The notes: generated by a model not told the origin, from the letters alone. A stretch of DNA of 51,843 nucleotides from a candidate division WWE3 bacterium RIFCSPLOWO2_01_FULL_39_13 (GCA_001772665.1 MEVH01000022.1:1-51843), one strand, 5' to 3'. Counted from the first letter of the stretch, positions 39,927 through 50,884 are shown. A program made the numbers and translations.

Positions 39927-40451
39927 TTAATTTAAGGCACCCTGATGAGCTGCCAATTGCTCTTTCAAAGTACTGTATAGTTCCTGAAAATCGCACTTTA
40001 ATGCAATTGATGATATCTGGACTGGAGACTTATATAAGTTCTTATTCAAACTCATAAGAACCTTTTTCGAGCCATTCTGTTTTTGGATTATTTCATCAGC
40101 ATTATTAAGCTCTATGGTCAAAATCTTTTGTGTATCTATTTCTGTTATGCTCACATTAGTAATGTTTTTCCACCTTATTAGGCCAACGCTTATATAACTG
40201 GAATTATCTATAATACCATCGTCATTAATAATTAATCCTGGCTTATTATCAAAAAGTTTCATCGACAGGTAAACAGCTCCAAAACCAAAAAATGTTATAC
40301 ACGCAACAGAAACTATTTTAGTTAATATTGAATAGATAAATATAGTATCAGCGATTTGAAACAACCATATTCCAAAAATCACAAAGCCAGCAGAACCTAT
40401 CAATAAAAGTATAATTTTCTGTTTATTTAATTGAAATGTAATCTCTTTCAT
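39927..40451 (-). CDS. Two-TM membrane protein, STM3941-like
   Basis: Two TM helices then KPGLIINDDGIIDNSS..GLIRWKNI. Confidence 0.65.
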   Translation of the reverse strand: MKEITFQLNKQKIILLLIGSAGFVIFGIWLFQIADTIFIYSILTKIVSVACITFFGFGAVYLSMKLFDNKPGLIINDDGIIDNSSYISVGLIRWKNITNVSITEIDTQKILTIELNNADEIIQKQNGSKKVLMSLNKNLYKSPVQISSIALKCDFQELYSTLKEQLAAHQGALN

Positions 40452-40515
40452 AGCAAATATGTATTAATAATAGATTTACTACTTTTTTATAGCAAGCGTT
40501 TCAACTAACATCTCT

Positions 40516-40605
40516 TGGCGGAGGGGGTGGGATTCGAACCCACGTTCCACGTAAGCAGAGCATGGTTTTCAAGACCAGCCGATTAGTCCACTCTCGCACC
40601 CCTCC
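40516..40605 (-). tRNA. tRNA-Ser(TGA)
   Basis: GGAGGGG/CCCCTCC acceptor, G73, anticodon loop CTTGAAA, long variable arm, CCA. Confidence 0.96.
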
Positions 40606-40745
40606 ATTTTTTGTTTCCGAGGATAATTTTACCATTTATATGTGGATTATTATGATAATAATATTAAAGACCTACTTCTTGCTGATTAATCAACTTTTTA
40701 CAGAAAGAGGAGATATTTTGTCGCAACACCAGCATTTTTCAAAGG

Positions 40746-43700
40746 TTACCCTATTTTAGACCCGGCTTTCTTGGATCGGATCCGTTTGTGTAGAACTCTC
40801 GTAACAACCGATGCTACCAATACAGCACCTAGAAAATAACCAAAGTATTTAATTGCCCCCAAAATACCTTTGCTTTGTGATTCAGGCTCTTTTTTGACTC
40901 CAAATACCTTTCCATCAGAACCTACTGGCCTTTCCTGATTTACCTTTTCATCCGAAGCCTTCTTATCTTCAACAGTCTGATCTTTATCCACGCCTGAAGG
41001 TAAAACAGGTTTTTCTAATGTGCGTACTTCAATGTGTCCTGTATCTCCTTCTTTGCATTCATTTATCGCGTACACCTCAATTTTATATTTTGTTCCATCA
41101 ACTAAGTTTGATATTGTGTACTGATTATTATGGCCAACATTTGCAGTGCCATATCTAAGATTGTCCGTCATGCGTGTAAAAAACAGATTATAGTTAGTAA
41201 CAGGAGACACTTTTGACCATTTAACTGTTATAGAATTTTGTTCAGCTTTTACAACCTCTATTTTAGGAGCGGACTTCGGCTCGTCGCTTTCACAGTGTGA
41301 TTTCTTTTCATCATCATCGTTCTGATTAGAAGAACCATCTTCATCATTAGAATCCTCTCCACTATCATCATTAGGAATAACCCCTGGAGGATCATAATTA
41401 AAGGTGCCTTCTTCTTCATTTATTGTAATTATCCTGTTTACAGGAACATTTAATTGCTTTTGCGAAATTCCGGACGGCCACTTAATGATTAATTCATCAA
41501 TTTTAGAAACAGTACCAAGTCCAAAATGAGCTAAAAGGCTATCCTGGCCTCTGCCGGCGCCAGTCGAAGATATTTGCCTCATTTGCTGTTTGTCGGAGCC
41601 ATTAACACGGTACTTAACAAATATTTGTGCACCTATACCATTGTTATTAGACTTAATTCCATTCAACTTTACTTCTAGCCAGTTACCCGAAGCAGTATTC
41701 TTGTATAAAACGTTAAGACCTCTGTTTTTTATCAAAAGTAGATCCATAGTTCCATTTTGGTCATAATCACCAAAGTAGCCCCATTTTGAAATCAAATCAT
41801 TACTTCCTACACGCTGAGAAAAAATACCCACTTCAACTTTACTAAAGTTACCGCTATCATTCTTGAAAAGAATAATATTCCCCTTGGTATATATAAAAAG
41901 GTCTAAATCACCATCATTGTCATAATCAGCCCATGTGCTTCCTGTTGCAGAGGCTTTAGTTTGACTGATTGCATCCTGCTCATCTTTGTTAAATGATCCA
42001 TCACCATTGCTTTTATAAAGAAAACCAGGAAATATTTTGTCGTGGCTGTCTCCGAATATGCTTATAAACAAATCAAGACGGCCATCATTATTGTAATCTC
42101 CCCAGCTTGCACCAGTTGAATAACCTCTGTCTTCAACAACAACCCCAGTAGTTACTTCTTCGAATTCACCATTGCCTTTATTAAGATACAAATTATTATG
42201 TGGACTATAGTAATTAACAACAAGAAGATCCAAATCACCATCATTATCAATATCTGCCCAGCTTCCCTGTTGCGAATAACCACGATTTTTATTAAATAAC
42301 TCATTAGCATTTGCTGCAGGCTCGAAATTCATATTGCCAAGATTGTTATATAGAGTGCTTGGCCAGTTGTTATCATCAGCAATAAATATATCCAAATCTC
42401 CATCATTATCATAATCAGCCCAGCTAGCGTTTTGAGGACTATTTTGTTTATTATTCTTTGAAACCTTTACAAGTAAATGATCAGGTAACTTTTCAAAGCT
42501 GCCGTAACCATCATTCATAAGGAGAAGATTATTTCCATATGGGCTATAAGTTATTGAGAATAAGTCAAAATCTCCGTCATTATCTATATCTGCCCAGTTG
42601 CTGCTGTAGTAGCTGTCGGCTTTATTGACAATTTCTCCTTCTATCACATCTTCGAAAACCCCGTTTCCCATGTTTCTATACAAGCTATTTTTCTTTGCTG
42701 AGAAAATGCCCCCATTAGCAACAAAAAGATCTAAGTCACCATCATTATCAAAATCTACCCAAGAAGCTGCATGAGAATTAGCACTCTGTTTTGAAAATAA
42801 CTCTTCACTCACTAGTACAAATGGATCGTAAATGACCGAAATAAAGTCTTTCTTTGCTTTAGTTTCTTGGTAAAATTCGTTTTTCACAGTTAAACTAACT
42901 GTAAAATTCCCTTGGGTTTCAAAAATATATGTAGGATTTTGTTCTTTTGAATCTACTTTGCTGTCATTATTAAAATCCCATTCCCAGGAGAATAATCCAT
43001 CTTTTTGGTAATAAGTCGATGTATCAGTAAATTTAACAGTTAAAGGAAGCTTTCCGATTGTGCTATCTGCGCTAAAATCAACCACAACTGGGTTAATCAC
43101 CTTAATATAATTACTTTTAAGGTTATCACCACTAAATGAAGCCGACTTGCCAATAAGTTTCACTGAATAATTGCCTTTTTTAGAGTAGGTATAAACGGGA
43201 TTTTCTTCAGTCGAATCTATATTGCCGTCATTATCAAAATCCCAACTCCAAATAACAGTCTCGTCTGTTTGAATAGTACTTTTGTTAGTAAATTTGACCT
43301 CAAGCGGAAACGACCCGTCTTTAGGACTTGCCTCAAAATTTGGACTGATAGGAACTTTAACCTGAATATAAGCTGCCTTTTCTTTAGTATCAGAATAAGT
43401 TCCATCTGAAATTGTCAGCTTGACTGTATAATCTTTTTCTGCTGTATAAATATGCTTTGGATCTTTTTCTGTACTCGATGACCCATCTCCAAAATCCCAG
43501 GAATAAGAAAGCTCTTTATTAGAAAAGTTGGTCGATTTATCATAAAATTCTACTGTCTGGCCATTTAACAGTAATGTTTTATTAGAAGTAAAGTCAGCTT
43601 CTATTCTTGGTAGTTCACTTAAATCAAGCAAATATACTGAGGCATTTTCTCCAAAAGTCCCTAAAACAAGCGCGTTTTTATTTGGCCAAAATGAAAGTGA

Positions 43701-45302
43701 AGTAAAATTCTCATCACCTGAATATATTTTTGTCCAGTTTTCAAGATCAGATGTTCTTAAAACTTGGCCTTTCGATCCAATTACATATAAATACCTGCTT
43801 TCATTTTCTGTGGCTATCAAATTGAAATTACCAGCATAAGGAGTGTCTTTTCCCAGTGTAAAAGGAAGCTTATGTCTAGCTATATTATCATTTTTATCTA
43901 TAGAAAAAATCTCGTATTCACTTGCTATTAAAAGCTGATCATTAAATATTATCAATCTATAACGATCTGTATAAATAGGTACTGTAGTTTTATAATCAGG
44001 ATTATCATATTTTATTATCTGCCAGCTTTTGCCGTCATCATTACTTACCGAAAGCTTAGGATAATCACTCCAATCCCAAGGCACTGAATATAGCTTCTCA
44101 TTAAAGCCAATAATATCTGCATTCCTATAATCACCGATATGTGCTGAAGCATCAGGTCTCTTATCAAAATCAGGCTCGGAACCTGTTAAATCAGTCCAAA
44201 CATCTCCGCCGTCGGTACTTTTGAATATATCGCCCCAGCAGGTTATCCCAAGATCACAATAAGATTTGTACCTTTTTACATCTGCTGCAGAAACAGCACT
44301 ATAGACATCACCATTATCATTTACCCATATACCCCACATATGCAAAACATCGGTCAAACCTTTATCATGATCACGATGCTTCACAATACTACCAGGAAGA
44401 TCCTGATTAGTATCATAAGTATAGATATTACCTGCATCCCAGCCATCGCTATAGGCCGGATCTGACCCTGCTATATAAATCTTCTTATTTGGGGGATCAT
44501 AAGCAAAATCGTGTATTCCCTGCTCAGAAAGGGATGCTACCTCAAAATAATCTTTGCCATCGTACACACTAAAAATTGCACCATTATACTCGACCGGCCG
44601 AGCCTTGCCGATTCCTATATATAATCGATCATCAACCGGCTGAAAAACATAGGCTCCTAAATATTGGCCGGTTTCTTCCTTTGGATAACTATAATTTTCG
44701 TATGCGAAAGTAGTATCACCAGAATTTTTAGGGACAGCAACACATTGCTTCATCGTTTGATTCACAACGTTTTGACTTTTTTCGTCATACAAATTTATGC
44801 ACAGGTGGCTTGATTTATTAAATGGAGGGTTTTTCTCTATATTAATCTCAAACGGTGACTGTCCGTTATATATCAAATCATGAACTTTCTTAGGATCTTG
44901 CTTAATGTAAGTAAATAGTAATTTGTATCTATCATCTGGAGTAAAATTATAAGTTTCGTAATATACCTTATAACTGTCGTCGGTCTTTTCTATCTTATAT
45001 ATACTTGCATCTCTGATTTTAATCTCATCTATTTTCTCTAACCCAGCAGTACGTTCTTTTACGTCTGATACTTGAGAGTCTTGGGCTGATTTGGAGGCTT
45101 TTTCATCTTTAGCTTCATCCTTATCATCTTTCTTATTAGACTCTATTTCATTTGAATATACGTAATCTTCGTCATTTTCGGCTTTTATATCCTCTATCGG
45201 ACTGTTTTTATCTGATGAATACGCTACGCTGCTAGTCCAAATTAATGTCAAAAGTATTAGCGGATATCCTATTACATTAAAGATGAATCTCTTATTTAAC
45301 AT
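40746..45302 (-). CDS. Large surface protein: Asp-box propeller, 3 PKD, FG-GAP/VCBS propeller with ASPIC/UnbV, FN3, C-terminal TM anchor
   Basis: N-terminal hydrophobic signal, STDGGDVW/SNDDGKSW Asp boxes, WDFGDG/WDFDNDG PKD motifs, repeated WADxDNDGDLDL, HFGLG..IKWPSG, C-terminal TM plus basic tail. Confidence 0.88.
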   Translation of the reverse strand: MLNKRFIFNVIGYPLILLTLIWTSSVAYSSDKNSPIEDIKAENDEDYVYSNEIESNKKDDKDEAKDEKASKSAQDSQVSDVKERTAGLEKIDEIKIRDASIYKIEKTDDSYKVYYETYNFTPDDRYKLLFTYIKQDPKKVHDLIYNGQSPFEINIEKNPPFNKSSHLCINLYDEKSQNVVNQTMKQCVAVPKNSGDTTFAYENYSYPKEETGQYLGAYVFQPVDDRLYIGIGKARPVEYNGAIFSVYDGKDYFEVASLSEQGIHDFAYDPPNKKIYIAGSDPAYSDGWDAGNIYTYDTNQDLPGSIVKHRDHDKGLTDVLHMWGIWVNDNGDVYSAVSAADVKRYKSYCDLGITCWGDIFKSTDGGDVWTDLTGSEPDFDKRPDASAHIGDYRNADIIGFNEKLYSVPWDWSDYPKLSVSNDDGKSWQIIKYDNPDYKTTVPIYTDRYRLIIFNDQLLIASEYEIFSIDKNDNIARHKLPFTLGKDTPYAGNFNLIATENESRYLYVIGSKGQVLRTSDLENWTKIYSGDENFTSLSFWPNKNALVLGTFGENASVYLLDLSELPRIEADFTSNKTLLLNGQTVEFYDKSTNFSNKELSYSWDFGDGSSSTEKDPKHIYTAEKDYTVKLTISDGTYSDTKEKAAYIQVKVPISPNFEASPKDGSFPLEVKFTNKSTIQTDETVIWSWDFDNDGNIDSTEENPVYTYSKKGNYSVKLIGKSASFSGDNLKSNYIKVINPVVVDFSADSTIGKLPLTVKFTDTSTYYQKDGLFSWEWDFNNDSKVDSKEQNPTYIFETQGNFTVSLTVKNEFYQETKAKKDFISVIYDPFVLVSEELFSKQSANSHAASWVDFDNDGDLDLFVANGGIFSAKKNSLYRNMGNGVFEDVIEGEIVNKADSYYSSNWADIDNDGDFDLFSITYSPYGNNLLLMNDGYGSFEKLPDHLLVKVSKNNKQNSPQNASWADYDNDGDLDIFIADDNNWPSTLYNNLGNMNFEPAANANELFNKNRGYSQQGSWADIDNDGDLDLLVVNYYSPHNNLYLNKGNGEFEEVTTGVVVEDRGYSTGASWGDYNNDGRLDLFISIFGDSHDKIFPGFLYKSNGDGSFNKDEQDAISQTKASATGSTWADYDNDGDLDLFIYTKGNIILFKNDSGNFSKVEVGIFSQRVGSNDLISKWGYFGDYDQNGTMDLLLIKNRGLNVLYKNTASGNWLEVKLNGIKSNNNGIGAQIFVKYRVNGSDKQQMRQISSTGAGRGQDSLLAHFGLGTVSKIDELIIKWPSGISQKQLNVPVNRIITINEEEGTFNYDPPGVIPNDDSGEDSNDEDGSSNQNDDDEKKSHCESDEPKSAPKIEVVKAEQNSITVKWSKVSPVTNYNLFFTRMTDNLRYGTANVGHNNQYTISNLVDGTKYKIEVYAINECKEGDTGHIEVRTLEKPVLPSGVDKDQTVEDKKASDEKVNQERPVGSDGKVFGVKKEPESQSKGILGAIKYFGYFLGAVLVASVVTRVLHKRIRSKKAGSKIG

Positions 45303-45556
45303 GTCTATTTTGATAAATTCCGAGATTGTCGGAAATGGGCAGAACTAATATCTACATTATCTCAACTTATAAAATTATTCAAGTGAATGTTATTTTTGTT
45401 CCAGAAAGATATACAGAAATTTGTTTAACAGCCTGCCTTTACAGAGAACCGATTACTATAGGCCTGTAGGATAGCACGTGAACTATAGGTTGTCAAGTAC
45501 ACTCACGGGTAAACGGATATATCTCCTTTTAAGATCGGCCCCACTTGATATGGACC

Positions 45557-47977
45557 CTAAAGATTACTTCGGCTGTTGATTTCTTGGTCAATGATAAACT
45601 TGTTTCTTCCGTACTTTTGTTTACTGAGCTCTCGAATCTGGCGCCCGAGCTGAAAATCGCGCGACGCTGCCTGCATCAGCTCCCAGTCAGATGTCATAGC
45701 AAATGGGGGTGACGGCTGGCTGTTTATCAAAAGCTTTGTGTACGACCTTCCCACCCTGTTATTAATCAAATCGGTCTGCGTAAATGTAGGCTCAAAATAT
45801 TTTTCAAGGTATTCTGCATCATCTGTACCAATTCTAAAAACAACAATGCTTCCAACATTGCCGAAAATTGAGTCCTTTATCTTTTCTGGCAGCTGTCCGA
45901 TAAACTGATTCGCAACGATAAGATTCAGCATATATTTTCTTGCCTCTGACAAAATCGTTTCTATATCTGGAGTTGTATAGTTTTGAAACTCATCAATGTA
46001 GAGATAAAAATCGTCGATCGCCTCTCCCCTTTCCATTTTTTCAATTCTCGCAAATGCAGCAGTTAAAAGCCGTGGAACTAGAAGCAGCCCTAAAAATTTC
46101 GAGTTTTCTGCCCCTAATTTACCTTTAGATAAATCGGCAAGCAAAATCTTTTTGTTATCCATAATATCCTGAAATTCAAAAGAGGACGTGGATTGTCCTA
46201 AAAGATACCTCATTGTCTTTTCCGTTACGAATCGGTCTAATTTAGAAACAAAATAACCCATCACCTCGCCTTTGCGGGACTTTGTCGTATTAGCCTGCTC
46301 ATCGGTCCAGTATCTTTTGACAAGAGGATCAGTAATTACATCAAGATACGACTTGTGGAAGTTTTCGTCAGTTAAAAGGCGCATGACCTCAACTAAAGTG
46401 CCACCGGGTTTGCTCATTGCAGTAAGCATGCAGTTTCTTAAAGCACGCTCTAATTGTGGCCCCATAATACCCTGGCGGTTTGGATCATAAAGCTCATAAA
46501 GCATGTCGATAAACTTGTTTATAATCATGTCCTTTGCCTTCTCGGTTTTTACATCAAGAATGTTAAGACCCATTGGGCGGTCGCTTCCGGGATCAAAATA
46601 TATAACATCGTCAATGCGTTCTTTTGGAATCTGCTGGACAATATCATTAACGGCAGAACCGTGAGGATCTATAAAAGCGACACCCTTGCCGGCTTTAATA
46701 TCTTGAATAGCCATAAATTTCATTAATTCTGATTTTCCTGTTCCGGTTGTTCCTAGAATATACATGTGGCGGCGCCGATCTTCGTCCTGCATGAAGATTT
46801 TCATTTCTTCACCCCTAAAGATAGACTTGCCAAGATATAAGCCATCGGCAGGCAGTTCGATCGGCGCCGCCGACCCTTTGCTCCTCAGCCAGTTGATTCG
46901 AGGAGTTTTCACATTCTCATTCGGAAGGTGCCACATAGACGCAAGCTCCTCTGTGTTGAAAATTGAATATCCTTTAAACCAGTGCTTATCTAAAAATTTG
47001 GGAATACCAAATGGCAGGTCGACCTTTTTCACCACCGGGAACATTCGGGCGATAAAGCTTAAAACAAAGTATTTATCAAAACGGTTTTTTGTCTTTTTAA
47101 ATTGATTAAAAGATGGATTATTATACTGCCCGAACGCTCTCTCTAAATTGCTTAAATTTGCCTTTGCTGACACCTCATCATCTGATACTGACACAAGCCG
47201 GATTACGGTTTCAAAACCGACTTTAGATATTTTCTCCTGAACCTTCTGAAGATAATCCTCGTCAATACGAGACATTTTAGGTCCGCTTGGCTTTCCTTCT
47301 TTATCGCTTTGGTTGTGTTTGTCAAGATAATCTTTTATGTAAGCCTTCCCGTCCTTCTGCCAGACATCATCTGCCGGTCTTATTATTATCTGCAGTGCAA
47401 CCCCTTCGCCTTCGTGAAGCTTGCTTAACGCAGCAGTCATAGTTGCCATTGAATCAGACTTCATATCATCATATGTATTTACGGGGAGATAATCTTTATC
47501 CTTTAAAACCAGTGAGGCAAATTCAACGGATCCTCCTTTATCCCATATATTCCAGGGGTCGACTTTTGTCAGCTCTGCCTCTGGATAAGCTCCGTTTATC
47601 TGCTTTTCGACAAGATTTTCAAGATGTTTCGGACATACTGCATAGAATTCGATTGATTCATGGTCAGCTACAATTTCAAAAGATATCGCATCCTGTTCTT
47701 TGAGTGAATTTAGAAATCCGGATTTTTTTATTCCGTACATACTGCTGTACATATTTTCTGCAGCAGCTGGTTCTATCTCGCTGCCTTCAGGAATTTGAAT
47801 TTTGAAAAAGGCTTTGTCTTTCAGCGATCTGCTGCGGTTTTTAAAGCGCAGAAACCACAAATATGCCTTTATACCGAAAAAAAGGAGAGCAACAAGCAGT
47901 CCTCCTGCAATAATTGCGATTAAAAGGATTTCTAAAAAGCCAAATAGCTGTTCAAAACCCGTAATTTCAGGTTCCAT
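45557..47977 (-). CDS. Membrane-anchored T4SS coupling-protein/HerA-like ATPase
   Basis: N-terminal TM, RHMYILGTTGTGKS, DPHG, LYIDEFQNY, SEARKY, ANQF, GNVG. Confidence 0.88.
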   Translation of the reverse strand: MEPEITGFEQLFGFLEILLIAIIAGGLLVALLFFGIKAYLWFLRFKNRSRSLKDKAFFKIQIPEGSEIEPAAAENMYSSMYGIKKSGFLNSLKEQDAISFEIVADHESIEFYAVCPKHLENLVEKQINGAYPEAELTKVDPWNIWDKGGSVEFASLVLKDKDYLPVNTYDDMKSDSMATMTAALSKLHEGEGVALQIIIRPADDVWQKDGKAYIKDYLDKHNQSDKEGKPSGPKMSRIDEDYLQKVQEKISKVGFETVIRLVSVSDDEVSAKANLSNLERAFGQYNNPSFNQFKKTKNRFDKYFVLSFIARMFPVVKKVDLPFGIPKFLDKHWFKGYSIFNTEELASMWHLPNENVKTPRINWLRSKGSAAPIELPADGLYLGKSIFRGEEMKIFMQDEDRRRHMYILGTTGTGKSELMKFMAIQDIKAGKGVAFIDPHGSAVNDIVQQIPKERIDDVIYFDPGSDRPMGLNILDVKTEKAKDMIINKFIDMLYELYDPNRQGIMGPQLERALRNCMLTAMSKPGGTLVEVMRLLTDENFHKSYLDVITDPLVKRYWTDEQANTTKSRKGEVMGYFVSKLDRFVTEKTMRYLLGQSTSSFEFQDIMDNKKILLADLSKGKLGAENSKFLGLLLVPRLLTAAFARIEKMERGEAIDDFYLYIDEFQNYTTPDIETILSEARKYMLNLIVANQFIGQLPEKIKDSIFGNVGSIVVFRIGTDDAEYLEKYFEPTFTQTDLINNRVGRSYTKLLINSQPSPPFAMTSDWELMQAASRDFQLGRQIRELSKQKYGRNKFIIDQEINSRSNL

Positions 47978-48029
47978 TCTATATGAATTCTAGCACATGA
48001 GAGGAGGAGAAAAACGTATGAAAAATGTG

Positions 48030-48383
48030 TCAGTTCAGTGAAATACTTTGACGTAAAACGCCTTTCCAATCATCTGCTTTAGAAGCATCTATATCGGCAA
48101 TAAAAGTCTTTCCCAGACTAACCGAGCCCAAAACCCTACCATTCAAACCTTCCGCCCGAAAATTAGAAAGAACTTCAAGACCTCTTTGGGGAGTAACGTT
48201 TACTTTTGCATCAACGGGAGCCTCAGCACTAGCAGCCACACCCTTTATTTTTGTTGGATATGTCAAGGGAACTCCCGTTCCTGAAGGGATTCTACTACCA
48301 GCAGCCTCGACACCAGGATTCTCTCCAGCAGGTTCAGCAGTAATTGAATTGTCGTAGCCATCCACTCCCATATTTGGACTCAT
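48030..48383 (-). CDS. Hypothetical protein
   Basis: 117-aa ORF, TATAAT upstream, co-oriented with neighbours. Confidence 0.55.
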   Translation of the reverse strand: MSPNMGVDGYDNSITAEPAGENPGVEAAGSRIPSGTGVPLTYPTKIKGVAASAEAPVDAKVNVTPQRGLEVLSNFRAEGLNGRVLGSVSLGKTFIADIDASKADDWKGVLRQSISLN

Positions 48384-48450
48384 TTCGGACAGAACTTTTT
48401 ACTAATCGCCTCGAATTATAGGACGTTTTACTCATCAAATCAAGCTCCAA

Positions 48451-49809
48451 TCAGCCAAGTCTGTCATTACCACTCTGATCACGTCTTAATCTTACATGAT
48501 CTAATAATTTCACGAATCCTAATAACCGGACTTGGCTGGCTACATATGCTTGGACATCGGAATCAGGTGCTGTAACAGAATATCCATTGTCACGCCTGAA
48601 GTCTGCCCAATTTCTTGCCATTTGTCTTGGATTTAAAACGTAGTCATCTCTGAAAATATCTCGCAAATCACGCACAGTCGGCCTTGGAGGATATTTCCCT
48701 TCGAAATCCTTAGTATATTGCCAATGGGCTTCTCCCCATTTTTTAAATTTATCTTTAGTTTCTTTAATAAACCCATCCCTACGATAATTAACATGAACTC
48801 CATCATTTTCCGCACGATACTCTTTGACATACGCGCTATATCTCCTGGTAATATTTTCAACAGTTAAAAGGTTTGCCGGAGCTGTCATATTTACTCCTGG
48901 ACCAGTCAAATCGAGGAAAACCCTAAATGCACATTCAATATCAAGTAGCTGATTGCTGCGAAGACTTTCTCTTCCACATTCTTCCATTATAGTTACAAAT
49001 GAATTTCTTTGTACCTGTCTTTGAGCACTTTCTTCTTGAGAAATGTCCACCCGGTCAGGATTTCCAAACACAATACGTATGTTCAGACTATCCTTATTTC
49101 TAAGGTACCCCGTAACTTGATCAATTACGTGCTGATTATATATCTCCTGGGTTGCCGATCTTGCAACTTCCGACGCACGACGATCAGCCTCTGCACGTTC
49201 GGCTGCCAATCTTTGACGGTTTCTTGCAGCTTCGAGTAATAGATTTGTACTCAACACCTCGCGACTAAAATGTCTAGGAAGATTATCTACATCATTTGTT
49301 TCCCTATGCTCACCTTGACCTCGAGCTGCTTCTGGACTTTGTCTTCTTCGGCCTCTTTCTCGCGATCTCCTATCACCCGGTCGAGATTCTTCTCGTTGTA
49401 CCCGGCTCTCTTCTGCTCGTCTTTGAACCCCAAATGCTTGAACTTGTGCGCGTAATTCTTGAATCACATCACGATATGCCTTATGTTCACGTGACAAATC
49501 ACCCAGCTGATCATTCAGTCTTTTTACTTCTGCAGTTACCCTTGCCACCTGATTATCTGAAGCAATTCTAGCTACCCTCTCTTGATACAAATCATTCACC
49601 AACTCTTCGATTGTAGGACCCCTTGGTCCGGTTTCTGTACCAGTTTGTTCTGGAGCTTCAGGTTCCCCAGTACCACCGGCAGTCTGCTGTGTCCCTCCTG
49701 GCTTATTACTTGGAGGAGGATTAGTACTGGCGCGGGTTTGACCGTTCGAGCCAGCATCATCTGGAGATATAGTAGAAACTGATTCCTGCGGAGGATCTTC
49801 TATATTCAT
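48451..49809 (-). CDS. Hypothetical protein with disordered N-terminus and coiled coil
   Basis: 452-aa ORF; Pro/Gly/Thr-rich start, Arg/Glu-rich coiled region. Confidence 0.75.
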   Translation of the reverse strand: MNIEDPPQESVSTISPDDAGSNGQTRASTNPPPSNKPGGTQQTAGGTGEPEAPEQTGTETGPRGPTIEELVNDLYQERVARIASDNQVARVTAEVKRLNDQLGDLSREHKAYRDVIQELRAQVQAFGVQRRAEESRVQREESRPGDRRSRERGRRRQSPEAARGQGEHRETNDVDNLPRHFSREVLSTNLLLEAARNRQRLAAERAEADRRASEVARSATQEIYNQHVIDQVTGYLRNKDSLNIRIVFGNPDRVDISQEESAQRQVQRNSFVTIMEECGRESLRSNQLLDIECAFRVFLDLTGPGVNMTAPANLLTVENITRRYSAYVKEYRAENDGVHVNYRRDGFIKETKDKFKKWGEAHWQYTKDFEGKYPPRPTVRDLRDIFRDDYVLNPRQMARNWADFRRDNGYSVTAPDSDVQAYVASQVRLLGFVKLLDHVRLRRDQSGNDRLG

Positions 49810-49987
49810 GTCTTTTCTAAACTATCCCATAATTATACACTGTGCCTGCCCGTTTTGCAGCATTTTATATGCTTAGCAGGATTCATTGTAAAAATTCTAG
49901 CACATTTACGTTTGTGCTAAAATGCAATATATTCTAAGTGAAGGCTCGGAAGTTTAAAAAATACCTGCAAAATACAGTCCTATTACT

Positions 49988-50884
49988 ATGGTTAAAGTCA
50001 ACACAATATCAAAATATTTCGGAAAAGAAAAAGCAGTAGATGGTCTTTCTTTCGAACTAAAAAAGGGAGAAATTACCGGTCTTTTGGGCCCAAACGGCGC
50101 AGGAAAAAGCACAACAATGCGTATGATCACCTCGTACTTATTCCCCTCTAAAGGCACAATATCGATAAACGGACTGGACACACAGAAACATACGCTTGAG
50201 ACACAAAGGCTCATCGGATATATCCCCGAGAACAATCCTTTATATACCGAAATGCTAGTTTATGACTACCTTGAAATGTCAGCACGTTTTTTTGATTCGG
50301 CACTGGCAGACATAAAAAGAATAAAAGAAACTGCTAAATCTGTCGGGCTTTCTGACAAGCTTATGACATCAATTCATGAGCTTTCAAAAGGGTACAGACA
50401 GAGGGTAGCCCTGGCAGCAGCATTAATTCATAATCCATCTGTTCTTATAATGGACGAGCCTACCGAAGGACTTGATCCAAATCAGCGCCAAGATATCCAC
50501 AGGCTGATTAAAAGCCTTTCGAAAGACAAAGCAATCTTAATCAGCTCTCACGTACTCCAAGAGGTAAAAGCCATGTGCACGAGTGTTATAGTCATAAACA
50601 AAGGCAGACTTGCAGCATCAGGTTCTTTAGATTCACTTTCAGGATACAAAACAATAAAGATGCAGCTCGAAGGAAGCAGAATCAAAGACGAGCTGTCGAA
50701 ATTGATTAAAAAAGACGAAAAATTAAAAATATCAGATGACAAAGCAAAAATAAAAGAAGTTAGAATATCAACTAAAAAAGAGATACACCCCGAAATTTCT
50801 GCGCTGGCATCGAAAAATAAATGGATAATATGGGAAATGCAGGCAGAGGATAGTTTAGAGGAGATATTTAAAGAGCTGAAATGA
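49988..50884 (+). CDS. ABC transporter ATP-binding protein (GldA-like)
   Basis: GPNGAGKST, LSKGYRQR, MDEPTEGLDP, SSH. Confidence 0.93.
   Translation: MVKVNTISKYFGKEKAVDGLSFELKKGEITGLLGPNGAGKSTTMRMITSYLFPSKGTISINGLDTQKHTLETQRLIGYIPENNPLYTEMLVYDYLEMSARFFDSALADIKRIKETAKSVGLSDKLMTSIHELSKGYRQRVALAAALIHNPSVLIMDEPTEGLDPNQRQDIHRLIKSLSKDKAILISSHVLQEVKAMCTSVIVINKGRLAASGSLDSLSGYKTIKMQLEGSRIKDELSKLIKKDEKLKISDDKAKIKEVRISTKKEIHPEISALASKNKWIIWEMQAEDSLEEIFKELK

Noticed and set aside
32574..40605. Integrated island bounded by tRNA att duplications
   Set aside because: I found no repeated tRNA 3' ends and no integrase near the three tRNAs.
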